From the NCBI GenBank assembly GCA_051294375.1, contig CM119266.1, forward strand, positions 1,555,554 to 1,619,537: a DNA stretch of 63,984 nt. Direction: 5' to 3'. Positions within the stretch are counted from its first letter, which is position 1. Each line of letters begins with the position of its first letter. The stretch comes from Paraspadella gotoi (Eukaryota; Animalia; Chaetognatha). Below the pieces are notes generated by a model that saw nothing but the letters and a program-made list of their open reading frames with translations, had not been told where the DNA came from and ran no database searches. This document shows positions 33,101-46,670 of the stretch, one piece after another. Position numbers and translations under genes: made by a program.

Positions 33101-35404
33101 CGCTTGACCACCAAAGCTGAACGCGGAGAGGTTATAATTGGACGATCAGATGTCGTCGTTGATGCGTCATGGGAGTGAGGAGCCACGAAAGCGACACTCA
33201 TAGTGGGGGAGCCGCGGATTTTGTGATGGATGAAAATCGGATTAATATGAGTGGGCTGGTGTCAGTTTTAGAATGTGAACTACGTAATAATAAAAGCAGG
33301 AAAGTTAAAGGACTGAGGAAATAGTAATACTATAAGTATATTATATCTTAGTACTTATTTAAGTTATTATTGTTAATCTTTTTTTGTGTACACTTTACAC
33401 GCAATCATATATAAATTTTTTTTTTTACACGCTTATATTAAAATGATTACTATTATTTAGATTTCTAAATTAAAATGTTTTTAACTTTAATTATCGTGCA
33501 ATCATTGCTTGTTTAGATATTTGTATTATACTATTACATTTTTCTGCACATCGTGATACGCAATACTAGGAACTTCTTGTTACGCGGAGCGCCTATCCGC
33601 ACCCTCTCATAAGCTAGCGTACATGTGCCCCAGACCGCCGATCTATCAAATATCGGCGCCACACATAACGCTAGCGAGCAAGTCCAACGGGATCATCGCT
33701 TCAATAACGCCGGATGAAGAAGTCACAACAAACGGTAAAGAGATAAACATCGCAAATGGGAAAAAGCTGCAGATAAAAAGTACCGCCTTCCCAGCCCATC
33801 AATAAGGGGCTGAGCACGGCTCGATCAAGAGAGGGTGAGGAAAGTGTTGAGGTATATTAAGCTTAATAAATAAGAGAGTAAATATAAGAAATAAATATCA
33901 TAAGTAAAAATAGAATAGATAAATAAAGAAAAAAAATTAAATAATAAAATTTTTGTTTGCATTTGAGACTATTATCTGATAAATGTCTGGGTGCCAAGGT
34001 GGGTGACATGGCGGTTTTTGGTTAGTGAACTTGAGGACTATAGGACTTAAGAATTTACGCGAAAACTGACAAAGAAACTTGCAAATGTCATGTTCCGAGC
34101 GCTTTATTACGACTATATTGTAGTTGTAAGCTATAGGTATGAAATAATGCCAGGTTTAATTTATGAAAATTGTTGAATGACGGCCTAGCAAGACGCGCAC
34201 GATAGAGAGAGAAAGAAGAGAAAAAAGACTAGAGGACGAAGTGACAAGAGAAAGTTATTTCTCTGTGTTTAGGTTTTGAGTATTATGGATAATCTATATC
34301 TGCCTCAACATTTAAATAGCGTTGAATCGGAGTAACAAAACATTCTTCGCGCACAGATCACTCTAATAAGAATTTCTTTAATGACGCTAATATCGTAGCA
34401 GTATTACAGCATAAGTTATTGAATCTTTGATTTGTTAGATTCGTGAGTAGCCGGGAACGCGTGTTTGCGTTTATTTCTCGCGGCTTTGGATTACGTCCGC
34501 GGTCGCTCTTTCCTGCGTCTTCGTCGTACATCGTGTTTCACGAAGGAAAACAAGCGGGTTTAATCTTCGCCGATTGTTTTTATTTCCTTTTTTTGATTGT
34601 GTTACTACAATAAAAATGGAAACGCCGGCTGTTGTTAAAGATTGTAAAAAAAAAGTGCTTTTTCAAAACACAGTTGTTATACGCTTGTAAATAAATAAGA
34701 CATTTATTTAACGAACAACTACGTGCGTAATAGTTGCCTCTACTGGTCCATTATGTGAAAAAAGTGTAAAAAGGAAATTCAGACGTCGACGGACGTGATA
34801 TACGCGCACTTTCATGTTAAGAACGTTAGGCTGAGTGGTTTAAATAATGTAAATTTAAATGGAATAGTATTGTTTTTCGTGCCGCCCTGCCTTTTGTGTT
34901 TCGAAGAAGATAATAGGAGGGTGCGAGAACGAGGCATTCGTCTTTGCTTTATGAATCAGACCGTCTGGGCAGGTTGAAAAATGGGCAGTGAGAGACTGCC
35001 GCTTGTCCTCGGAATGTTGCAGGACCAAGGGCTACGTTGCCAAGCGCAAAATGATAGGCGACTGGGAAAATGAGACAAACTCAGCGAAATTCTTTAAAAT
35101 TGTTTAGCAAAGAGAAAAATATGACGGTAGATGCGTGATATTTGTGTTTTGATCGGTGATTCGGGCCTTCAGATTTTGTCAACGTGCCTCTATGTTTGAT
35201 TTAATGTTTCTCTCACCGACGGTTCTTCTGCCGTCTCCCGCTAGGTTGCGAGGAAGGGGGTGCTTTCACAAATCCGAAATCAAAAGTCAATTAAAGAAGT
35301 CAATTAAAAGTCGAGGAGGGGGTTCTTTCACAAAGTCCGAAATCAAAAGTCGAATTAAAAAAGCCGTCAAACTTAAATTTAAATTTTCATAACAAAAAAA
35401 GAAA

Positions 35405-38400
35405 ATGTTTCGCCGCCCCGAAGTTTAATATCGGGCCGCCGCAATTTCGTCGTGCAAACTTTTTCCAGCGGCAGTGTGACGAGTTATCCGCTGCTCCGCG
35501 GCGTGTGCACGAGCAGGTGCGCTGGCACTGCGGCGTCATGCGCGTCTATCCCCTGCCGACATATCGGCAACAGTATAGTATATTCTCGCGGGCGCCCGAC
35601 AGTACTGCTGTCTCAAGCGTCCCTCAGGCGCGCATTCCACCGCTATCCGCAGCGCGAAGTTCCGGCCGCTTAAGCCCCTCGTCCACCGATGCCCTCCACG
35701 AGTCAGACTTGGGAAAGCTCTCAAATCTATTGCCCGTGCCCTTCTCAGGCCATCGGCTTACAAACAGCCAACACCAGGCGGCGCACATTGGAAAAGAGGC
35801 AGCGCAAGCGCGCTGGGCAGAAATTGGCCTACTATCGCCGCGAGTTCACCAATACCGCTTCGGTGCCATCAGACGACCCGGAAGTTGGCAGAAGAAAGGC
35901 CCTGCGCGGAACGAGGGGATCACCCGCGGCTCGCAGCAGTATCACCCGTTGGGGCTCGATTACGAAAGGGACAAGCGGCGCATCAGTTGCTATTTTGTCG
36001 CGGAACACGAAAATTGGGATGTGGAAGAAACTGACGAGGTCCCGTCATTGAGCGGGAAAAGATATACTTACACGACCGAACGCTCATGGTAGCAAGGTCA
36101 GGTACTGGTGAGCTGAAGGAATGACTGGAATGAAGGAAATAAAAGGTGAATAAAAAGGAGAGAAATGAATTGAAAAGCGCGAAATTGAAAGAACCCCCCC
36201 CCCTCCTCGACCTACGCGGAGAGGGAGAGAGACTCGGGAGAGAAACTGGATCTAAAGAAGGACCGCGCAACTGGCGCCGTAAGTTTATAATATGAATAGT
36301 TTCTGTATGCCTGGCTATGAAAACGTCTTGATGTTTTAATGTAACCTTAATAAAATAATCAAAGCATATAGATATTCAGCTGTTCTTACCGGCGACAATT
36401 GTAATATCTATATGAAATATTCAACAGTAAAATAATCATACTATATAATCACAATTATCGCAAAGGAAAAAAGTAATTAAGACGCAATAGATCACAAAGT
36501 ATCTAATCGGCTCTTTCTTATATCCATTCCAAAACGTGAAGATGAGAAATGTTTACGCTTTTATACAATAATTAAAGTGCTTTTGTTTACATTGCAGCTG
36601 TCTATTTCTGCTAGCCCGACGGACAGACAGACAACGATGAGCGCCCGATTGACGGAAGGGCGTATTGGGATTAGATGTAAGACAAGATGCAACGGACTTT
36701 TACAGAATTAATTAAAAAGGCAGAATAAACAAATTGAGAAAATAATCAATTAAAGAAAAATTATTTCAAAAAATAATATTTTCATAAAATAGAATTAGGA
36801 AATCTTGGCCTGATAGATGTAAATGAACTGAAGAAGGAATGAATATAGGATGAATTGAGAAAAAGAATGAATTGATCTTGAATATATTGAGGGTTAGAAG
36901 ACAATAAATGATAAAAGCTTCAAATACAATTGTCACATCATGAAAGTGCCACATCTTCTTTTGCTTTCTCCCCCAGGATTCGAATCCGCGATGCTCGAAG
37001 TCATGGACGATCAGATCGAGAATTTGACGAGGATCTCGACGAGACACGCGGCCTTGGATCCTTCAGGACGGAAGTTGGTCAAGGAGCTCCCCAATGAGAT
37101 GTACAAGTGGGCGATGGAGAGCGTAGGAACGGTGCTGTTCGAGACGAGGTTGGGATGCCTTCAAGATCCCGTGCCAGAGAAAGTCCAGGTGCTCGGATTG
37201 GAACTGCTGAAATTCCTTTACCGACCGGCACAGTTTTGTATTCCTGGTTCGATTCTCATATCGGTTATTTATACGTTAAACTTAAACAATAATGTTAAAT
37301 TAAAAATAATAATATAAAAGCTATCACATCTTAAGGGCTAATGACAATGTTATCCCCTCTCTGACATCCATCTCCAGTCCTTCATTGACGCCATCGCCGA
37401 CATGTTCGCCACCACGATGGCGACGACGATCCTCTTCCCTCTCCAAAAAAGACTCGGGACGCACTTCGTGAAGCGTCACTTCGCCGCTTGGGACGCCATC
37501 TTCGCCTTTGTCGCCGAAGTCGTCGCCAAGAGAAAGGACGAGCTCATTGAGAAGTCCAAACACATCCCTGTCTCCAAGAGCGAAGGCGCCGTGCTCACTT
37601 ACCTTCTTCTGGAAGAGACGTTGGACGATGAGGAGGTCCGTCCTGTTCGTATTTTCGTTTTTCCAGGTCTGTTCCACACCTAGCGATTGAAAAGAATTTT
37701 TTTACCGGGGATTTTGATACGTAATATACAGCTTAAGGCGTAGTAAACCAGCTTCTCAATTATAACATTAATTAAAATTCTTTAAGTGGAGGAATACCAA
37801 CATTATACTAATAACATTTTAGTAATAAAAAATTATATAAAAATTTTAACAATTTACGCAGTCACGGCCTATTTATACATAGTACTATCATTAACACTAC
37901 TTAAAAATTTCAAAACAGTTTTTTTAATTTTTGCCAGATTGTGGTTCGTCATAAAAGATGATAAAAAGAAATATAACTGCTTTTTTGAAAAAATTTCCTT
38001 CATTAAGTGGGTCAAAATTAAAAAAAAGTACTATATTTATAGCTAGTGAAATTAAGCTTTTTTATATACTATGTAATTTTTTTAAATCTTTCCTAACCAC
38101 AATTATGAAAGATTTTTAAAAATGATCTTATATTTCTTTTATCACTTTTGACGAGAGGAATTTCAAATCTGCAATCAAAATTAAGACAAAAGCATTTTTG
38201 AAATTTTTTCGAATTTTATCAAGGATAGACTTATATAAATATAGCCTAACTGCGAAAATTAGAAAAACACACTAAAATTAATTTTTTTTATCCATGATTA
38301 ATATTCACTGATGGTATGTCTGTTCATAATTTGACATTTTAGAATTTTTCGTATGTAACCATTCGACTTTACTCGCCGGCCTTAAATAACATTACTTTGA

Positions 38401-39629
38401 GAAGTTTTCTTACATGGGTTAGGAGGCGAATGACTTGGCCTCCGGCACCAATGGCCGCTGATGAACGGTTAGTAGATTTTTGTCCACCATAGTGATGTGA
38501 TTATGATGTAAGAAACTTCTCAAAATTTTTTCAATCAATAAATTAAGCTAATTTACCTGCCCTTGACGACAACGGCCCTAACCCTCTTAGAAAATAATAC
38601 TATAGCAATAACCGGCAAGCTTTACAATCACAGACTTTCTCAAGTTTTTTTTCCAACGTTTGCAACGAAAACAAAATTATGATATTCAAATGCAAATTTT
38701 GACCGATTTTAATGAACATATCATCGACATATCATCTTGGTTCGCGTTTATGGTATATAACTCAATCCCAAGCAAGATTTACGCGCAACGTGACGGAGCT
38801 GCTCCTCGCGGGCGTCGACACAACCTCCACACCCTAGTGTGGACTCTCTACGAACTCGCCAATGAATCCTCAACAACTTCGTCGACTCGAGGAAGAGATC
38901 GAGAGGGTGATCCGGACGACCGCCTTCGGTCAAGGCCATTCACAAGATGCCTTTCTCAAGTGGTGCGTCAAAGAGACGTTCGAGGCTGTATCGGTGGTGC
39001 TTGAATCAAGTGAATTCACTGTGTAATTCGTTTGTGCCTGAATTGGACTGTTCTGTCTTGGTGACGTAAGAGCGGGAATCTTTCCCACTCTACTAGGCGA
39101 TTCTAATTTTCGCCACGTGTATGTGACAATGACAATGAGAACATCGGATGGAAGAAATAAAGTATTAATTACGTGTGAATTATATAATAAAATGAATAGT
39201 ATTATATGATCTAAGTTCAAATTTTTACCAACAAACGAATGAAATTTAATGTGCTAATTCGAGAGAATGAAAGTGACATAGAGCTGGACGGCTACTTGGT
39301 ACCCAAAAAAACCGTCTTGCTCCGTCAATTTCTACCGATGAGCAGAAATCCTCTCTTCTTCGACAACCCTAAGACCTTCGACCCGACCCGGTGGGATCGC
39401 GAGTCCGGCAAGGCCTTTCACCTTACTGCTCCGTGCCGTTCGGAGCGGGGCTTCGAAGCTGCAATCGGCAAGCGCATCGCCGAGATGGAGATGCAACCTG
39501 ATGTTGGCCCGGATCGTGCAAAGTTTCGACTTCGTCTGGTGGGATTTGCCGGATGTGAAGCCGATTTACCGGACGCTGCTCATTCCGCCGCCGGACAAAA
39601 CGATTCCCGTTGAATTCACAAGAAAATGA
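35405..39629 (+). CDS. Mitochondrial-clan cytochrome P450 (CYP27/24-like); 5' exons noisy
   Basis: KWAMESVGTVLFETRLGCL, IYANVTELLLAGVDTTS (I-helix), VKETFR (ExxR), FDPTRW, PFGAGLRSCIGKRIAE (heme Cys). The start is uncertain. Confidence 0.85.
37737..38381. mobile_element. Longer copy of the TTAA/GG-ended MITE in a P450 intron
   Basis: TTAA|GGCGTAGTAAA start, internal identity to 11305-11640, degenerate ..cgcc..|TTAA end. Confidence 0.7.
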
Positions 39630-40118
39630 AGAGGAGAAAAAATGTATCTTTTTTTTTTTTTTTCTTTTTTTTTTTTTTTCTTTTTTTTTGTGCTTTTTTC
39701 GTAGAATCTCTTTTCTGTTAATTTGTGACAAAAAATTTCCTAACCTCATTTTAGTGTATTTTGTTACGGTTATATTCTGAACGTATTTTAGTCAATTTCT
39801 ACTTATTTTTAGGGTGCATTTATCCTTGTCAATCCTTTCTGTGGTCTGTCTGTCTGGTTACAGCCATTTTGATTTGTGATGGTTTTATTGCTCCGCGAGT
39901 ATCTGCCGCCTGCAACAAAAAAAAAAGTTCATACACCTCAATCGGGACAAACGACTCATAGTGATCATTGTATTTAAGAATGAAAATTTGAATACGTAAT
40001 CCTTCTACAACTATGCGGAGGTTTAAATTGATTGTTGGATGAGCTGACTGTAGAAACAGTTGCTGTTGTTTCTGTAGTTGTTTACGGTGTTAGTATTTTC
40101 GTCGTTCATTAGACCGTT

Positions 40119-42100
40119 TTAACAAGTCGTTCTATTCGAAATCGATGCCTCCGACGCCGCGCGGCCGAAATGGAACCTCGGCGGCGCCAGCGCCAAAGGC
40201 GGCGTCAAAATGTCCGGCGCTTGCAGAGGTGGCGCTACCGATTCCGGCGACGCGCGTGCATCAAAATTCGGCGTCAACGGCGTCCCTGGCGGGAAGGTCG
40301 AGCGAGCGGCGTCGGCGGCATCTGCGGAATCTTTGCTGCTGGGCTGCGGAAAGATAGGATGATAGAGAGAAGGAGGGAAAAAGAAAGGCGGGGTATAAGG
40401 AGGAGGAGGAGGAGGAGGAGGACGACGAAGAGAGACTGAAGCGGTGGGCGAGTTTGACAAATTAGCCGACGTCGAATCCGGCGATGGAAAACTGACGCCG
40501 GAGGCTCTAACGGAAGGAAGAGCGCCGATCGTTTCGGCCCCGGCGATCGAAGATGGCGCGAAGGGAACGCCGGGAGTAAAAGCAACTCCGAAAGGAACGC
40601 CCGTTGCAGTGGCGCCGGACAGAGAAGCGCCGGAAATTGGCGCGCCGTCGGAAAGCGTAGTGGCGTCGAAAATTGCGCCGGGAGGAGGAGGAGGTTGTGG
40701 AAGATCCGGGTGGGGGTGCTCGGGAAACGTGGAATGCGGACCTGAAGTGAAGAGGAGAAAGGAAATATTATTATAATTCTTACTTATAAAAATATCCTTG
40801 ATTATTAACCAAGAAGATTACTACAAAACGAGTATAATTTAGTAATTTTTCTTGCTATTTTTTATAAATATCATTTTAACGTCCGCTCGTTGGATCATTG
40901 ATTCATCCTGACATTTGTCAGGATGTTGTCATTTGTTTGTCATTCAACAAAAATGCAAGCAATATTAGAAATCTACTGAGAAGAAAACTCAAAAGGGCGG
41001 GGTTCAAAACTTGGTCAAAATTAAAAAAAAATAATAAAATTAACAAATATGATGATGATGATTATTAATAGTTTTCTATAGACAGTTTAAATATTTGCAA
41101 CAACAATTTTATTAATAAATTTTAATAATAAAATTGTTGTTGCAAATATTAAAACTGTCTATAATCTACAAACACAGCAAAACAGAAAGGATTTACACAT
41201 AATAGTTTTTTCATATTTTTCACCCACTTATGATCAAAATATCGAAAAAAAACTTTGTGTAGACAACTTTTTGCAAACTATTTATTAAATAAATATTAAA
41301 AAATTAATATATGGGTATAGAGTAATATTAACATTTTTTGTCTAATTTCAATTTTTTAAAAAAAGGTCTAAATTGTCGTGTTAGGCAGGTGCTTAATTCA
41401 AATTTCTTAACCAGGCCTTACTGAGTTAGGCTACGCGCTAGCAAATAGTGGTTAAATATCTTTCCGCGATAAATTCTGCAGTGAAAAGTGAACAGTGCAT
41501 TGAACACTTATAATTTACATATAGAAAGTATCGTATTAGAATTATATCAGAGTAGGCAGGTTATTAACTGCCAAAACACCAAAAAAAACCATCATAAAAA
41601 GACATTTTTATTCTCTACTTTTAGCCATGAAAGCCCGGGCGGAAAGTGGCGCAAGCCGCCGCGTACATGGCGGCAGCCGCGGCGGCCGGCGGGTGCAGGC
41701 GGGTGCAGCAGTCCCGAAGGATGCAGGATGCCTGCAGGATGCAGCATGCCTGCAGCGCGCCAAGTGTGATAGGTTGCCATGATCTCTAAGTCGGAGTGTA
41801 TTTTCGCTTCCATTTTGTTCGTCTGTTCTGGAACCAGATCTTTATCTGCAGAGAGATGGCAGAGATGACGTTGGCTGTTGACAGGTGACAAATGTTTTTA
41901 AACAGGTGTTGCTTACTGTTAATTACTTCATACCTGCGTTTCTGTGAGTTTCAGTCTCTGCGAAAGTTCGGTTCGTTTAGCGACGATAGGTATTTGTTGG
42001 CGGAAAACTCTGTCTCGAGATCTTTTATTTGTTCGGCTGTGAAGGCGGTTCGAGGTCGTTTCTTGCGATCGTCGCCAGGTTTCGATTTGGCGCTGGTCGT
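40119..42100 (-). CDS. Nedx: Nedx (lateral muscles scarcer-like) ANTP-class homeobox gene: homeobox and probable 3' exons
   Basis: Exon 42100-41934 plus exon from 41845 give RKKRPRTAFTAEQIKDLETEFSANKYLS(V)AKRTELSQRLKLTETQ|IKIWFQNRRTKWKRKYT(S)DLEIMA after correcting two 1-nt indels. Pro/Ala-rich exons 40741-40119 are joined tentatively. Confidence 0.85.
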
Positions 42101-42131
42101 CTGTTTTTAAAAGAAAGGGTAAAAAGAAATG

Positions 42132-45100
42132 TGTCGAGGAACTAGTATCAGCCTGCTCGCAGGCGTATCTCCGTCCTATGACCCGTCGCGCCATTACTGG
42201 AGACTGCCGTCAATCCCTGTCGCCGGAAGTGGGGCGCCGCATCCACGCCCCTTTTGGTGCGCGTCGCAAGTGACGCCGAGACCTTTGTCGGCGAGGGTGT
42301 CAGCCTCTTTTCACCGCCTCCGTCAGTTTCCACAAGTCATCGAAAGTTGCCTGTGGTCGAAGTGTGGGACTCCACAAGTCTATTGTCCAGTGACAGACGT
42401 CATGATCTGCTGCAAGTGTGACAGACGTGACTGAGTGAAACATGTTCATGTCCCCGTAAAAAGGCCGTTTTGGACGGGCTGAAGTTCTCAGTGACTGGTC
42501 TCTCTGTGAAACGTGAAGGTAAAGAGCATAGAAAGTAGCACACAGATAGGCTTGAACAGACAAAAAGTAGAAAACGATCATGATGAGTAAAATAAACAGA
42601 TGAGCAACGGCATCTCTCAACACCCCCACGCTTTTCCGGTGACAGCAAGGAGCCGGAAACTGCCCTGAAGGAAGGAGGATGATTGAGATAATATGAGGAA
42701 AATGAAATAGTAAAAGAAAAATGAAAATGAGAAATAGTGAAACTTATGAAATAAACAAAATGAGAGAAAAAATGAAAATGTGCACCTTGTAAACTATTTT
42801 TTAAGTAGCCCGTCCGAAAAACGTCAGTGAAATAAAACCATAATTTTTTTATAAACAAAACATTAAACATTCATTGTACAAAAATACGGGATTGAAAATA
42901 AAACTGTTCATATCATAAAATAACATTCTCTATAAAGGTATCAATTATTTCTACTTGAGTTTCTTAAAAATAAATCTCGTTCAATTAAGCAAGATATCAG
43001 ACAAAATATTTTAAAACGTTGAAACGACTATTACAAATAAACTGTAACCGTTATTGAACTTTAATTCCGAGACGAGTAAAACGTAATAAGCGAAGAAATG
43101 AATTAAAGGGAGGACTCTCAAGACAGAAAAGGAAGGGGAGTGAACACTGGACACGTCTCACTCTGAGGCTTTCATGTGTAACGTGAACGAAATATATAAA
43201 ATAAATCATACACTTATCAACGACGTAAATCAAATTATTTCAACTAAACATTAAGTAAGAGAGGAGGCCAATCACGTCGCTCAGGCTAATAACTTTACTA
43301 CGTACGAAGCGAATTTCTTTACTTTAACGAGTGCCAATTCCAAGGCCGGACGTCCAACCGACAGAAAGTATGTAAAAATTCAATTTGATAAGCAAAACAA
43401 TACATGAATAAAATCGTTCAATAAAATATTCAAATCCATACAAAAATCATCTTAGAAAAACTATAAACGTAACTAAACAAGGACGACGCTGCCAAACTTA
43501 AAATTAATCAACGTTTGTCTTTTCAACGTGGTCATCTTATTATATTATTATTTATTATATTAAATAAATATATCTATGATATAAAGTTTTAGTCAAACCG
43601 AATACACTTAATAAAAATTCGAATATAGCTTGTTACCGACGTAAAACGAAAATCATAATATAAAATCAAACGGTAAAAGGGAGCGGTACTCGCATCGCTC
43701 GGGAAATACAGTTGGTTCCTAAGAAAATATGAAGGGACTCAGAGACACAACAGGGAGAAAATCTACATGGCTCTGCTTCCTAGAATAAAACTGAAATGCA
43801 CAGACGTAAAAAATTGTGAGACTAAACAACTGGTTCAATTATACCGACGTGAACCGAATAAAATCATAACTATAAATCAATACATGAATCTTCAAACGGG
43901 AGAAGGGGGAAATACGTCACTAAAGCAAAGACAATGGTTCGTCTTGTCTGTTCCTTTATTTGTCAAGCACTCGCCGGCGCCCCACGCTCGTCACGGGTCC
44001 AGGCGGAAATCGACACCCTCAGCGGTGATCGAGGACCCGAGGGATGTCAAACTTCTTGCTGGGCAGAACATCGCAGGTGTAGCCTCGCAGCACCAAGGTC
44101 ATCAAGTCAGCTCGTCTCCGCGAGAAGGTCGTGACACGCCTTTCCAGTGGTTATCAAGTCTTGAGTCACGGGCATGCTTCCCTTGACTTGTCAACGCAGT
44201 AGAGTAACTCGGCACTCGCTCTACCGCGGAACAAGGACATAGTTTTCGTCGTAATCGTAGTTACGGTCGTCGTCAAAGAGAAAATACTAAAATCGGCCTC
44301 GTCGGCGTGGTCAGCATTCGCAGAAGCTGCCACATGAAAACCGTCAACGAGGGACACTATCATGTCGTCGCGTCGTAATATTGTCATACAAAAAGAAAAA
44401 AAAATACAACGTTGACAGATTAAGAAAATAGAAATGGTTTTATAAATGTAATGAACGAGCGTAAAAAAGTTTCAACCTAAAAAAACTGAAGTCATTGTCT
44501 TATTAAACATATGAAACGGGCGAATTAATAATCATCGCTGAAAGATTGTTTCGATACTAGCTAAACAAACATTAAAAACAGCAATAAAAAAAAGCAATCT
44601 AAACCTGAATAAAAACCTAAGATAAAAATCGTGTCGGTATTAAAGCGAGAGTCTATACGCTGGAGTGTCGCTGCCTTCATCAGCTGATCTTCTAATGCAT
44701 CGAATCATCGTCGAAGACAAGGCACCTCCGGTCAAAACAGACGTCGCAGAAAATTTGCATCGTCGCCGCGGCTTCGCTGAAATAATTTTCGCGGGGAGGG
44801 GGGGGAGATTTCGGCATCCCAGGTCGTCGTTGGTACAACTTTTCACATGAACGAAAGACCCAAAGGACGAAGACAAAGAAGGGCCTTTTTACTGTCGAGA
44901 ACTAGTAGTCAGCCTGCTCGCCAGGCGTATCTCCGTCCTATGACCGTCGCCATTACTGGGGAGACTGCGTCAACTCCCTCGTCGCCGGAAGTGGGCGCGG
45001 CGCATCCAGCGCCCTTTGGTGTCGCCGTCGCAAGTGACGCCGAGACCCTTTTCGGCGAGGTGTCAGTCTTTGTCACGCCTCCGTCAGTTGTCCACAAGTC

Positions 45101-45373
45101 CATCGAAGTGCCTGGTCGAATGTGGGACTCCACAGTCTATTGTCCACGTGAAAGACGTCATGATCTGCTGCAAGTGGTGACAAGACTACTGAGTGACAAC
45201 ATGTCTATGTCCCGTAAAAAGGCCGTTTGGACGGGTGAAGTTCTCAGTGACTGGTTCTCTGTGAAACGTGAAGGTAAAGAGCTAGAAAGTAGCACACAGA
45301 TAGGCTTGAACAGACAAAAGTAGAAAACGAATCATGATGAGTAAAATAAACAGATGAGCACGGATCTCTCAAA
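42132..45373 (-). mobile_element. Non-autonomous LTR retrotransposon; ~480-490-bp LTRs at 42132-42622 and 44893-45373
   Basis: Direct repeats with TGTCGAG...CTCAACA termini, (A)AATG TSD, minus-strand PPT GGAAAAGCGTGGGGG abutting the 3' LTR. No gag/pol ORF recognised. Confidence 0.82.
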
Positions 45374-45503
45374 AATGCGTGTACTATGTTTTTAATTTTT
45401 AATTATTCTCTTATTTTATTTATATTTGTTTAAAGAGGGTTGGATTAAATTATATTTATCATTTAAATCTGTTCAATTCTATCCAATTCAACAAAAAAAG
45501 GAA

Positions 45504-45574
45504 CGCCAATAAGGGACTCGAACCCTGACCCTCAGATTAAAAGTCTGATGCTCTACCGACTGAGCTAACTGGGC
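45504..45574 (-). tRNA. tRNA-Lys (TTT)
   Basis: Reverse complement GCCCAGTTAGCTCAGTCGGTAGAGCATCAGACTTTTAATCTGAGGGTC.AGGGTTCGAGTCCCTTATTGGCG, followed by a T7 terminator. Confidence 0.92.
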
Positions 45575-46221
45575 TGTTGTAACGAGCGATCTGTAAGATT
45601 CAAATTAAAGACGACAATTTAACGATCCCACCGGTTATTCGAAAATAAGAGATTTTTTCGCTCGTTAGACCCAAAAGATCCATTTGGTTTACGCCCGAAG
45701 TCACGCGTCTCCACCCCGGACGCCACCCGAAGTCGCCGCGGGTTTTCTCCCAAAAAATATCAAATTATGAGAAAAATCGGGGAAAAAATAGCAAACTATC
45801 AATATTTTTTTTTGAAAGCAGAAAAAACAGTCGAGAACTAGATTTAAAAAAAAAAAATTAAGCGAAAGAAAAAATAATATGTTTCCTTTTTTTTTAGACT
45901 AGAAATCAACTTCGGAACGAAATAAATCCTGTGATTCCAACGGGATGTGGAAAATTTGAAATTTGAAATTTGAAATTTGAAATAAAATAGAAAATAGAAA
46001 ATAGGAAATGCGAAATGTGATGGCGAAAAGAGAAAAGGGATGTTTTTATGTTAATATCGTAGTTGTTATCAATTAAAAAAAAGAGATAAAAAAATAAATA
46101 AAAGATACCCAAAAGAAATTAATGGGAGAGGAAGCTAACATCATTATCATTATCATTATTATCTCCGCTATGGTTATTGGTTAAAGGGATTTCTCTGGCC
46201 CCTCCTTCTCTCGCTCTTCGT

Positions 46222-46670
46222 TCTATGAAATTGGTGCAGCCAATACGAAAATTCGAACATAATAATAATTTTTATATTGGTTGCACCAATTTCATAAAAT
46301 TCAGCTCCTTGTATTTTGATGCTAGTGCGGAGTACAATAAGTATTCCCCGATCTAATACTTAAGGGAGTGGTCTTTTCATACAATTGAAACATTCTTTGA
46401 AATATTATACCACTTCATTGATAGGGAAGCCAAGTACTATGGGAGTGAATAAACGAGACTGTGAGAGAGTCTTGATTGAAAGCTTGCAGGGACCAGCTAT
46501 GTCATTATCTTGTAAGAGTGATGGAGGCCTTAAAACACCAAAGCCTGTCCAAAGTCAGGGGCAAGATAGCTTATTTATTAAATTTTATATAATAAATAAT
46601 TTTTATATTAGTTGTACCAATTTTATAAAACATAACAAGACCCTGCATTCTTTCAATCAAGACTTTCCCC
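46222..46670. mobile_element. Palindromic DNA-transposon/MITE remnant; related inverted fragment at ~56635-56745
   Basis: Hairpin tatgaaattggtgca..tgcaccaatttcata, and inverted gtcttgattgaaag..gcaggg / ccctgc..ctttcaatcaagac. Confidence 0.5.

Noticed and set aside
42623-44892. gag/pol in the LTR element interior
   Set aside because: No long ORF and no CCHC, protease, YxDD or integrase motif seen.
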